Shown in pieces: positions 9,401 through 16,987 of a stretch of DNA of 50,925 nucleotides. The notes under the pieces were generated by a model that was not told the DNA's origin, searched no databases, and saw only the letters and a list, made by a program, of their open reading frames with translations. The stretch is taken from the IMG/VR virus record IMGVR_UViG_3300044739_000008, positions 1-50,925 of that record, one strand, 5' to 3'. Position 1 is the stretch's first letter. Each line of letters opens with the position of its first letter. This stretch comes from a virus. Lineage: Duplodnaviria > Caudoviricetes. The position numbers and the translations under genes are program-made.

Positions 9401-9779
9401 CGAGCTTGACGTGCGACGCCATGTTGCCGTGCTCGGTGAGCGCGAGCGCCGACATCCCTAGCTCGGCGGCTCGCCGCACGTGCGCCTCGGGTAGCTGGTA
9501 GCCATCGAGGTAGCTGAAGGTGGAGTGGTGGTGGAGCGAGACGAACCGCTGCGGCTTCAGGTTCCCGTTCTTGTCCCGCCGCACGCCCACCGGCGTCTTG
9601 TGCTCGTGAGCGTGCGGCTCCTCCTTGACCTCGCCTCGGAAGCCGAGCTTGCCGGCGCCGACCTGCGCGCCGGAGGAGCCCTGTCGATGGCTGTGGGTCG
9701 TGTCCTCGTCGGGATCACGCCACGAGCCCGAGGAGCCCTTGCCGGCGCGAGGGATGCGGACGTTCCGGCTCACCACCAC
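6327..9779 (-). CDS. dnaE: DnaE-like DNA polymerase III alpha subunit
   Basis: PHP motifs (LHHHSTFSYLDG, ALTEHG, DCHY), GPGRGSAAASLVAY, PDIDLDFD, LKMDYLGL, YSFNLAHS. Confidence 0.97.
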   Translation of the reverse strand: MVVSRNVRIPRAGKGSSGSWRDPDEDTTHSHRQGSSGAQVGAGKLGFRGEVKEEPHAHEHKTPVGVRRDKNGNLKPQRFVSLHHHSTFSYLDGYQLPEAHVRRAAELGMSALALTEHGNMASHVKLEKAAKAEGIKPIFGCELYTGAVDETNRTRKKNHLTILAKDQEGYGNLISLVSRSYSEGFYSEPTVSEEMLAEEGSGLIVMSGCQGSLLFTSLVGGKLVEPEDASYKRGLGVAERFRSNFGDRYFLEVQAFPELEKTRQANPMIERISRATGIPLVADLDCHYTAPEESEVQKILHNTRPGEKRSLEELERDWGYDAPLCPPINDNVLFRRLVATGMSREAAREAILNTETIAQDCNVTLPQLPMIEYPLPPGYSDLRSLWRDWIKDGWRYRGIHKLAPAKREEYRKRLLYEMEMIESKGFEWYFVVVADSVVWAKDHGVAVGPGRGSAAASLVAYLLRITEVDPIVFHQLVFERFIDANRHDLPDIDLDFDSETRWKLREYLVRKYGEGRVYNLGTFTYYRSKNSLDDVARVYNVPDWDVKVIKDQLIERSSGDLRASATIEDTVEQFEESREVMERYPELRRAADLEGNVKGFGVHAAGLVLGDVRKVAPVYQRTIKGHEIEVVSVDLKDAERLGLLKMDYLGLNTMTLINYACTWLGLELQDMYDLPLDDQTTLDGFRRGDVIGIFQYEGQATRLINNELKPDNFDEVCLVPAIARPGPLHNGAAEAYVQVKRGDVEPERWHPSLEPILGFTNHQIVYQEQILRIVREVGDFDWTAAAAIRKIIAKKEGEQAFNRKRQEFLDGAARRHPDFEPDKVYALWMSLITAGAYSFNLAHSLAYGMISYQCQWIKQHHPEVFYAAALRAMGDGARVPLLRDADAHAIKATPPKLGGKALDWTPVRDGGKVRMGYKQLPKVGDALAEEIVRTPGRRRWTAWEDMIEVKGIGPKTIEGIKEFGASDDPLGIFEIDKRIAIAREAIEASETMTAPTHSSLDVPYGEGLKETVTWVGVALNRNLRDIFETNRAHGTELDEATMKDPHLREFLLMLGDDGKELLRLRFDRWRYPQFKRPIWGTTLEKDVVWVQGYKPSWRAAREIYVTDFAVISVTDEEVAQWNQATSKTGSPSTRRTRPKVRFTRRSAIAA

Positions 9780-10135
9780 CCGCCTTCGCCGTCGCGGTTC
9801 TTGCCCTGGACGGCGCGGACGGCGAACACGACGAAGTTGATCATGTCGATCAGGTCGTCAATCTTGTACTCCATCGACTCGACGTCATCTGGATCGTAGT
9901 CCCAGAGATCGTCCCACGCTCGCTCGACGCGCTCCCGGATACGGAACAGGCAGCCGCGCCATCCGAACCGGCGCCAGTTGTCCTTGTAGCGGACGTTGCG
10001 CTGGTCATAGACCTTGAGCGCCTTGAGCATGATCTCGTGCTGGAGTCTCAGCGCCTCGTTCCCGTTGAAGTAGACCGTCACGCCGTCCGTCTCGGCGTTG
10101 TCCTCCCAACGCAGCTGGTTGCCCTCCTCGATCAC
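9770..10135 (-). CDS. Nmad1/DUF1599-like all-alpha NTP-pyrophosphatase (MazG-fold) protein
   Basis: RNVRYKDNW..FG..G...RI.ER..R...IDDLIDMINF pattern; GTG start overlapping the VOC gene stop. Confidence 0.65.
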   Translation of the reverse strand: MIEEGNQLRWEDNAETDGVTVYFNGNEALRLQHEIMLKALKVYDQRNVRYKDNWRRFGWRGCLFRIRERVERAWDDLWDYDPDDVESMEYKIDDLIDMINFVVFAVRAVQGKNRDGEGGWW

Positions 10136-10491
10136 GGGCGGACCTCCACGCGGATCGCGTTGGCTGCGAACTCCAGCCAACAGCGGTTGCTCTCGGGCGA
10201 GTCGCGCACGCAGAAGTCGGACGCGGCGCACGTGACGTATCGACCGGCGCCGACGCGGACGGCGAGATGGGCGAGCCCGATGTCCCGGACCGGCCACCGG
10301 CCCTCCTCCGTCGCCACGACGTGGATGGCCGGATCGGTCGCCACCCCTCCGTCAAACCAGCGGACACGCCAACCCTTCGGCACCGCCTCCTCCGGCGCGA
10401 TCTCCTCGAAGCCGATCAGCTTGAAGAACTCCGTCAGGTCGCCGTCCCCTATGCGGAACATCGGCACCTGGAACGTGATGTGGTCGATCAT
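10132..10491 (-). CDS. VOC (glyoxalase/bleomycin-resistance/dioxygenase) family protein
   Basis: MIDHITFQV...FFKLIGFEE...AIHV...AHLAVRV...RVEV; His/His/Glu metal-site pattern. Confidence 0.75.
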   Translation of the reverse strand: MIDHITFQVPMFRIGDGDLTEFFKLIGFEEIAPEEAVPKGWRVRWFDGGVATDPAIHVVATEEGRWPVRDIGLAHLAVRVGAGRYVTCAASDFCVRDSPESNRCWLEFAANAIRVEVRP

Positions 10492-11297
10492 CGGCTACCT
10501 CCGTACAGGTTGAGCCCTTGCCCGCTGAGCCACCGCATCGGTAGCTCCTCCACGAGGATGCGGACCACCTGGCCGATCTCGCGGGGTGTCAAGGCGTCGG
10601 GCATCTTCAGGTCCTTGCGCGCGTAGTCGTCCGCCTCCTCGCGGGTCCAGCCTCGCGCCTCCATCACACCGGCCTGGACTACCTCCCACATGGGCGTCCC
10701 CTCCACGTGGTAGGGGTGAACTACGTGGACGTAGTAGCCCATGTCGGTTAGCTCCCACCCGAGCGTCCGGGCGGCCATCGCCAGTCCGGCCTTCGCCGCG
10801 CAGTACGCCGTCCCGTTTGTGAACGGGTGATCGTGGGCGTAGCTCCCGACGAAGATGATGTGACGCGCGAGCGCGGCGGACCGCTCGCGGTCCTGCCAGT
10901 GGGTGTGCTCGGCGGCTTGGACGAACCTCCGAGCGCACTCCAGCGGAAGCTCCAAGCACCCGCGTAGGATGCGTCGCATCTCATAGTCCTTCATCTCGGC
11001 GAACGCCGTCTTGCCGGTCGTCCCGAGCGTGATGATGAGCGCGTCCGCCTCCCACTTCTGAAACTCCTGGTAGCTGGGCGCGTCATAGAAGGCGTAGGTG
11101 CCCGCCTCATAGCCGAACTCCTCGGCGGTGTCGCCGTGCATCTGGGCGGCGCCCTTCGGCCTCGTCGGCGAGCCGCGCAGGCAGTCATCCATCGTCACCG
11201 CCCAGTTCCACAGGTCCAGTTCGTCGGCAATCGCCTCGCCGATGTTCCCCGAGTCGGGCTTGGCGCCGAGAATGACGGCGCGGTTCCTACCTTCCAT
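10488..11297 (-). CDS. Short-chain dehydrogenase/reductase (SDR)
   Basis: GAKPDSGNIGEAIA Rossmann loop, IIFVGS, YCAAK (YxxxK), WLSGQGLNLYGG. Confidence 0.88.
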   Translation of the reverse strand: MEGRNRAVILGAKPDSGNIGEAIADELDLWNWAVTMDDCLRGSPTRPKGAAQMHGDTAEEFGYEAGTYAFYDAPSYQEFQKWEADALIITLGTTGKTAFAEMKDYEMRRILRGCLELPLECARRFVQAAEHTHWQDRERSAALARHIIFVGSYAHDHPFTNGTAYCAAKAGLAMAARTLGWELTDMGYYVHVVHPYHVEGTPMWEVVQAGVMEARGWTREEADDYARKDLKMPDALTPREIGQVVRILVEELPMRWLSGQGLNLYGGSR

Positions 11298-11970
11298 GTT
11301 GCTCTCTCCATTCGCTTAGACGAGCCTTGAGCAGGGCGGTCCCGGCTCGAAGGTCATCGATGTTCCTGTGCCAGGTGTTCTCGCGGTTCCAGATCGTCGC
11401 GCGCTTGATCGTCACGTCGCCGAACAGGTGGTGAGCCTCGTCCAGCTTCCAGACGAGGTCATCGACCACGGCCACGACGCGCTCGGGCTCGACGCGCTCC
11501 CGTAGGTCCCGGTACTTGTCCGGTCCATACAGCAGGTAGTTGTAGCCGATGCTGTGACGATCGAGCCAGGCGCGCGTGTCCGGGTCGATGCTGTCGTGCT
11601 TGAGGTAGGGGCGCGTCGTCGTGAGCCAGACCTCCGCGCCGTCGAACATCGTGTGGTTGACGAACTCGGCGGCGCCGGGGTAGGCGGGCATCGAGCGCTT
11701 CTGGGCGCCCTGTCGGTAGGCGAGCTTGATGTCCCGGAAGGTCCGGTCATCGACGCCAAACGTCCCGGTGAACCAGGCGCGGAAGGGCTCGCCGCCGCCG
11801 TACAGCATGCGGCCAGCGGGAAGGTACTCCACGTTGAGGTAGCCCGTGGCGAACCTGATGAAGTGCGCGTGGTAGTCGCCGAGCGTCCCGTCGATGTCCA
11901 CGGCGACTACCGGCTTGATCGGTTGTCCACAGCCGCTACAGAGCACGCAGTGCCTCCCTCGCTCGGTCAT
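11287..11970 (-). CDS. HAD-superfamily phosphatase (5'-nucleotidase-like)
   Basis: VAVDIDGTL (motif I), LTTTR (II), K (III), VVDD (IV). Confidence 0.85.
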   Translation of the reverse strand: MTERGRHCVLCSGCGQPIKPVVAVDIDGTLGDYHAHFIRFATGYLNVEYLPAGRMLYGGGEPFRAWFTGTFGVDDRTFRDIKLAYRQGAQKRSMPAYPGAAEFVNHTMFDGAEVWLTTTRPYLKHDSIDPDTRAWLDRHSIGYNYLLYGPDKYRDLRERVEPERVVAVVDDLVWKLDEAHHLFGDVTIKRATIWNRENTWHRNIDDLRAGTALLKARLSEWREQHGR

Positions 11971-12700
11971 ACGCCTCGTGGACGAGCACGCCGCGCTTCC
12001 ATTGGCCGAAGCGCCCGACGCGGAGGACGCCGGGGTGGCAGTCGCAGTTCGTGTAGAGAGGCTTGAACCCCTCGTACACCGTCCGGTTATGCGGCAGGTC
12101 CGCGTGCTCCGTCGAGCCGTGCCCGAACAGGAGGCTGGTCCGGTAGTAGGCGTCGGACTCCTGACCGTTGTAGATCACGCACGGGTCGCCGAGCATCTCA
12201 CAGATGTCGCGGTGCTCGCGCTCGATCCAGACGCGCTTCGCCTTGAAGCGATGATGAGGGCTCGGGCAGTACGCGGTCGGCGGGATCGAGGAGATGACGC
12301 AGCCGTCCTCCTCCGCGAGCGCCGCCATCGCCTGTACGTCGATGAGCCGCTCCTCGATGTACGGCGAGTAGGCGCCCCACAAGCCCTCATAGGCTCGCTT
12401 CATGTCCCAGGCGGGCCGGAGCCCGACCGGAAACGAATCCCACGAGCAGTCGGCGTCCGCCGCGCCGTACAGCTTCAGCGCGTAGCCCTCCCGCGTCCCG
12501 AGCTTCTCAAACTTGATGTGAGCCTCGGGCTCGTCGTCGGTCACGCCGGGGATCGGCTCGTGGATGTAGATCGCTCCGGGCATATCGCTCATCTGGCGCC
12601 GGGTCGCCAGGATACGAACCTGGTGCCCGGCGCCCTTCGCCGCGTGGGCCGCGAGGAGCCCTGCCGGTCCGCATCCGAGGATGGTGACCTTACTCGCCAT
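11936..12700 (-). CDS. FAD-dependent oxidoreductase (compact, UDP-galactopyranose mutase/PPO-like)
   Basis: VTILGCGPAGLLAA, PGAIYIH, ISSIP, C-terminal VGRFGQWK; ATG at 12700 with SD. Confidence 0.8.
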   Translation of the reverse strand: MASKVTILGCGPAGLLAAHAAKGAGHQVRILATRRQMSDMPGAIYIHEPIPGVTDDEPEAHIKFEKLGTREGYALKLYGAADADCSWDSFPVGLRPAWDMKRAYEGLWGAYSPYIEERLIDVQAMAALAEEDGCVISSIPPTAYCPSPHHRFKAKRVWIEREHRDICEMLGDPCVIYNGQESDAYYRTSLLFGHGSTEHADLPHNRTVYEGFKPLYTNCDCHPGVLRVGRFGQWKRGVLVHEAYDRAREALRAL

Positions 12701-12953
12701 GGATCGCCTCTCCCCTCCCGCAGTGAACGCCGACCAGAAAGGCGTGCGCGAGGAGCGTGTTGATCGACGGCTGGGCTCGTGGGTCCAGGTCCGGGACCGT
12801 CTGAGGTAGCCGCTGCTCAACGCAGAACTTGACGAAGTCGGCCATGGCGGCGGGATCGACCTGAGCCGACTCATAGACAGCGATCATCCCACCGGCCTCG
12901 CCTCGGACCTTCATGACTTTCTCGGCCCGCTCGATGTGCTCGCCCGAGATCAT
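12690..12953 (-). CDS. Hypothetical protein
   Basis: ATG at 12953 overlapping upstream stop. Confidence 0.65.
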   Translation of the reverse strand: MISGEHIERAEKVMKVRGEAGGMIAVYESAQVDPAAMADFVKFCVEQRLPQTVPDLDPRAQPSINTLLAHAFLVGVHCGRGEAIHGE

Positions 12954-13084
12954 GACTCCACCACGACCGGCTCCGTGCGGCGCTCGCCGCAGCGTGGGCA
13001 CTGACCCTTCCAGACGTGCATCGCGCCCGGATCGTCGTGCTCGGGGAACATCAGCGAACAGACCAGACAACGGAACCACTTCAT
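12950..13084 (-). CDS. 44-aa zinc-ribbon protein (not in ORF track)
   Basis: MKWFRCLVC...CPRCG; ATGA overlaps at both ends; SD AGGAGG. Confidence 0.65.
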   Translation of the reverse strand: MKWFRCLVCSLMFPEHDDPGAMHVWKGQCPRCGERRTEPVVVES

Positions 13085-15900
13085 GGGACCTCCTTGAGTA
13101 GGGTGTGGAACTCCGGCGTGGGCTTGTGAACCCCGTACTCGCCGCGCTTCAACATCCCGTAGTTGTACAGGACGCTCGTGAAGTTGTTAGCCATGTCCAG
13201 GTCCATCCCGGTCACCTGGACAAGGTCCTGCGCGCGGAACTCGTTGACGCCTCGCAGGAAGTGAGTGAGTCCGGCGTACTGATCCGCCGACCGCTTGAGC
13301 GCCTTGCGCGCCTCGGGCATCGACCCGCGCGCTCGCGTCCGTAGCTCGCGCTCGTCCTCGGACTTGCGGAGGTAGCCCGCGTCGGCGTACAGGCCATCCA
13401 GGAACCTCGCCGCGTCTCGCGCGTGCTCCTTGGTGACGACGATCCGTTGACCATCGTCGGTGCTGAACAGCCGAGCGGCGAGCGCGACGGTGAGCCGCGC
13501 GAGCTTGTGGTGTTGGTCCGCCCGGATGAGCGGCGGCTCCTCGGTGTAGCGCTCGCGGAGCTTCGAGGCTGCTCTCACAACGGCGCGCTCGGCGCCCTCC
13601 TCCCAGACCACCTGCTCGGGCTTCCGGGACCACACCCAACGGATCAGGTCTTGACAATCCTCGGCGGTGTACTCGGGTTGGCCCTCGGGGAGTTGGTACA
13701 TCTCGGCGGTGGAGACATCGTCACGGACGATCACAGCCATGTCGAAGCGCGCCACGTCCTCGCTCGCGCCGATCAGCGGGCGGATCGCGTCGATGCCGTG
13801 GAGGTGAGTGATCGTGTCGCCCTCCCGAGGGTTGCTGATCCAGATCGCCCGCGTCCGCGCGAGCGCCGACTCATGCCGGACCTTCTGGATGTTGACGATG
13901 CCGGAGGACCGGACCTCGGACAGCTTGCTGATCTCGTCGGTGCTCAGGCCTTTGACCTCGTCTAGGATGACCAGGCGCCGGTCGTTCATCGGGAGCGCTC
14001 CCCACGAGACGTACATGCGGTCGCCGCTCACTCGATCGAGCCCGCCCATGATGCCGACGATCGTGGCCGACTCGCACGAGACGAACGAGCCCGCACCATA
14101 GTGCTGCGACAGCTGGCGTGCCGTCTCGGACTTGCCGGTGCGGGTGTCGCCCACGACGAGTAGCTCAAGCCAGCCTCGCTCGATCCGCTTGCGGCGGAAG
14201 TCGAAGGCGAGCGCGGAGTGGAACACCAGGTCCATCGCGGCGGTTAGGTCCCGTCGCCCGTGGATTCCCGTCACGGATGCCATGCTCTCTGCCATGCTCT
14301 GCAGATGCTCCAGGGGAGTCTGGCCCGGAGCCGGGGCGAAGGTACGCAGCCGCGCTACGTCCTCCGGCGTGGGCTCGAACTCGTCGGTGCGGACGGCGAC
14401 CGGCTGGACCTCGCCCGCCAGGAACTCGGACTTGCCCCGGTAGGGGTTGACGGTGACGCGCCCGGAGATGCGGGCCGTGGAGTTGGTCGGCGTGTTCGTG
14501 TAGTCGCCGACCGCCGTGATCACCAGGTTGCGGTCGGGCCGGAAGGTACTCGCGCCGGAGTCGATCGCTTGTTGAGCGATGAATCGGCTCACCGGCGTCT
14601 CCGTCTCCGTCTCCTCAAGCCGGAGCTTCGAGCACTTGCCGTCCGGTATGCCGTAGTCGAAGGCGAACGCCTTGGCCAACTCCTTGAGGACGGTGAGGCG
14701 CGGCTTGTCGATGAAGAGGAGGTTGCGCGGGTCGGTCGGCTCGATCGTCTCGACGGCGCGACCCTGCGCGAGCATCGGGCAGTCCTCGCACTTCGAGCCC
14801 GCGTCTCGCGTACACCTGAAGACAAGCTCGCCGGGAGCCCACCACGTCTCGTCGGCCATCCCTCGGATCGTCACGCGCGCCGTGAGCACCTCATCGAAGT
14901 GCTCGCCCTTGATCAGGCTATCGACCTCGACCAACGCGGGCTCGGACTCCTCGGGCTCGGGCTCGCGCTCGCCGTACAGGGGCGCGTCGGCGAGCAGGCT
15001 GCGGAGGACCGTCTTGCCGTCCTTGGGGTGGTCTTCAAAGAAGTCGGTGATGTCCTTCCCGCCCTTGTCGCGGACGGGGTACGGGAGCCGGACCACGCGG
15101 ACCTCGGCGATGTCCTTCAACTCCTCGGCCACGCGCTCGTTCGCCCTCTGCCCCTTCACGTCCATGTCATGGCAGACGTAGACGCGCTTGCCCTCGAAGT
15201 GCCTGTTCCACTCCGAGCGCCAGGTGTCCGCGCTCGCCGTCCGAGTCACGGCGGGGAAGCCGAACTGGTTGGCGATGATCGCGTCCCACTCACCCTCGCA
15301 GATGATGATCTCCTCCGGCCCGGAGGCGAGCGTGGAGTGCGGGTACAGCGTGACGCGGCTCCCGGTGATCTGCCACATCTTCCGCTCGCGCCCGCCGCTC
15401 GGGTAGGGGTTGTAGAACCGGACGCCGACGAGGGCGCCCGAGGAGCCGTACACGGGGATCGTGAACGCCTGTCGGCGCGAGTCCCAGCCGATCTCGAAGC
15501 GCGCGAGCGTGCGCCTCCAGATGCCCCGCTCGTCCTCCATGTAGCTCAGCTGCGGGTCCTCGGGAGGCTCCTGGCTGATCAGCGTCTCCACCCACGCCTC
15601 GATGTACTCGCGGTTCGGTAGCTCCCCAGCCTCCCGACCCGCCGCCGCCTTCCCGTTCACGCGCCCTCGGGAGGACGGCGGCGGCTCCCAGGTGTCAGAG
15701 AGATCGACCAACTGTTCGACCGGCCCGCCCGCTCCGCACGCGTGACAGAACCACATCCCCTTATCGACCTCCAAGCTCGCGCTCCGGTTCCTGTCTCCGT
15801 GGAGCGGGCAGTACATGTCGATCTCGCCCTTGGCGTTAGGGCGAGCGTTGAGGAGGTAGGGCCGAAGCTCAGCTAGCTGCTCTGGCGTGACGGGAGGCAC
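13081..15900 (-). CDS. DnaG-type primase (Zn finger + TOPRIM) fused to MCM-family AAA+ helicase
   Basis: CPLH...WFCHAC; ICEGEWD...CHDMD; GDTRTGKS, WGALPMND, LVILDE, ISNP, ARFD. Confidence 0.88.
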   Translation of the reverse strand: MPPVTPEQLAELRPYLLNARPNAKGEIDMYCPLHGDRNRSASLEVDKGMWFCHACGAGGPVEQLVDLSDTWEPPPSSRGRVNGKAAAGREAGELPNREYIEAWVETLISQEPPEDPQLSYMEDERGIWRRTLARFEIGWDSRRQAFTIPVYGSSGALVGVRFYNPYPSGGRERKMWQITGSRVTLYPHSTLASGPEEIIICEGEWDAIIANQFGFPAVTRTASADTWRSEWNRHFEGKRVYVCHDMDVKGQRANERVAEELKDIAEVRVVRLPYPVRDKGGKDITDFFEDHPKDGKTVLRSLLADAPLYGEREPEPEESEPALVEVDSLIKGEHFDEVLTARVTIRGMADETWWAPGELVFRCTRDAGSKCEDCPMLAQGRAVETIEPTDPRNLLFIDKPRLTVLKELAKAFAFDYGIPDGKCSKLRLEETETETPVSRFIAQQAIDSGASTFRPDRNLVITAVGDYTNTPTNSTARISGRVTVNPYRGKSEFLAGEVQPVAVRTDEFEPTPEDVARLRTFAPAPGQTPLEHLQSMAESMASVTGIHGRRDLTAAMDLVFHSALAFDFRRKRIERGWLELLVVGDTRTGKSETARQLSQHYGAGSFVSCESATIVGIMGGLDRVSGDRMYVSWGALPMNDRRLVILDEVKGLSTDEISKLSEVRSSGIVNIQKVRHESALARTRAIWISNPREGDTITHLHGIDAIRPLIGASEDVARFDMAVIVRDDVSTAEMYQLPEGQPEYTAEDCQDLIRWVWSRKPEQVVWEEGAERAVVRAASKLRERYTEEPPLIRADQHHKLARLTVALAARLFSTDDGQRIVVTKEHARDAARFLDGLYADAGYLRKSEDERELRTRARGSMPEARKALKRSADQYAGLTHFLRGVNEFRAQDLVQVTGMDLDMANNFTSVLYNYGMLKRGEYGVHKPTPEFHTLLKEVP

Positions 15901-16147
15901 GGTGCTCGCGGAGGTACTCCATCATTCGGCGCTTGACGCCCTGGTGAGCCCGGTTGTAGCTAAAGGGCTCGACCAGAGCGTCACCGCCGTTGAGAGTCGT
16001 CCGGGCGGCGAGGATGTCCTCACTCCACTCGAACACCCACACCACCGTCTCGTCCCCGTCAAGCTCCATGCGCAGCGGGGAGATGCCCCGCCAGACAAGG
16101 TAGCTCGTGAGGACGAGCGAGTGAGTAGGGAACTCGCGTGCCGTCAT
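15869..16147 (-). CDS. DUF5659-like small protein
   Basis: T.SL.L.SYL...G...VWVFE...ALVEP..YN...VK pattern. Confidence 0.55.
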   Translation of the reverse strand: MTAREFPTHSLVLTSYLVWRGISPLRMELDGDETVVWVFEWSEDILAARTTLNGGDALVEPFSYNRAHQGVKRRMMEYLREHRASRHARAAS

Positions 16148-16150
16148 GAC

Positions 16151-16981
16151 CTAGAAGGGCTCCTCCTCATCGTCCTTGCGGAGCCGTGCGATGAGCTTCG
16201 CTTGCACCCCGCCAACGGGTAGCTCGCGTGCCTTCAGTTCCTTCTTGAGTTCGGCGACCGACAGCTCATCGTAGCCGTCGCCGTCCTCGGAGCCGGACGC
16301 CTCGGCCTCGGGCTCGCCTTCCGCCTCGGGCTCGCCCTCGTTGAGCGTCTCGGCGATCTTGACCCGCACGTCGTCGTCGGACATGTTCTTGTAGACGGTG
16401 ATCCCAAGCTCGTTCTCCTTGATGAACGCCTTGAGTGCGGCCCGGTCCAGTTCGTCCAGGTCCACCGTCTCCTCGTCCTCGGCCTCGGGCTCCTCGGCTT
16501 CGGGCTCCTCTGCCTCCGGCTCCTCGCCCTCTGCCTCCGGCTCGTCCGGCTCGTCGGGCTCGGGCTCGTCCGGGTCCTCGACAGCGCCGTTGTCGTCGGC
16601 GAGCGACATGATCTTGCGGACGTTCTCGCGGTCGTTGCCCTCGCGGTCCTTGCGGATACCGGAGAGCACGTTGACCTCCTCGCCCGCGAGCGCGTCCGTG
16701 TCGAGCGTCCCGGCGTCCTTGAGCCCGACCGCCTTGACCAGCTGCGTGAGGCGGCGCTGGCCCATCTCGTCGCCCTCCTCGGTGACGATGTAGTGCCACA
16801 TCTTCCGGCCCTTGAAGTCGCCCTTGTTCTGGACGACCAGGACCAGTTCGATCATCTGGTTGTTGTTCGAGGACTCCCTGACGTTCGCCTCGTCGATCTT
16901 GCAGCGGTACACCCCTGGCTTGACGGGCTTGAAGTCCGTCTCGGGATCGACGCCCTTGACGTTGTACTTGATCTTCGGCAC
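16151..16981 (-). CDS. DUF669-like SSB with acidic repeats, SAP domain and EEPF tail
   Basis: FKPVKPGVYRCKI...FKGRKMW OB-fold; YDELSVAELKKELKARELPVGGVQAKLIARL; follows Sak4. Confidence 0.75.
   Translation of the reverse strand: MPKIKYNVKGVDPETDFKPVKPGVYRCKIDEANVRESSNNNQMIELVLVVQNKGDFKGRKMWHYIVTEEGDEMGQRRLTQLVKAVGLKDAGTLDTDALAGEEVNVLSGIRKDREGNDRENVRKIMSLADDNGAVEDPDEPEPDEPDEPEAEGEEPEAEEPEAEEPEAEDEETVDLDELDRAALKAFIKENELGITVYKNMSDDDVRVKIAETLNEGEPEAEGEPEAEASGSEDGDGYDELSVAELKKELKARELPVGGVQAKLIARLRKDDEEEPF
16290..16580 (-). repeat. Coding PEAE/EPDE repeats in the SSB linker
   Basis: EPEPDEPDEPEAEGEEPEAEEPEAEEPEAE and EGEPEAEGEPEAE. Confidence 0.8.
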
Positions 16982-16987
16982 GGCTGG

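Noticed and set aside
6327-9779. Intein or intron in DnaE
   Set aside because: Length and motif spacing fit an uninterrupted DnaE; no intein splice motifs seen
5063-12700. Assignment to known modification pathways (hypermodified T, 7-deazaguanine, Z-base, glucosyl-hmC)
   Set aside because: Their hallmark enzymes were not recognised in the genome
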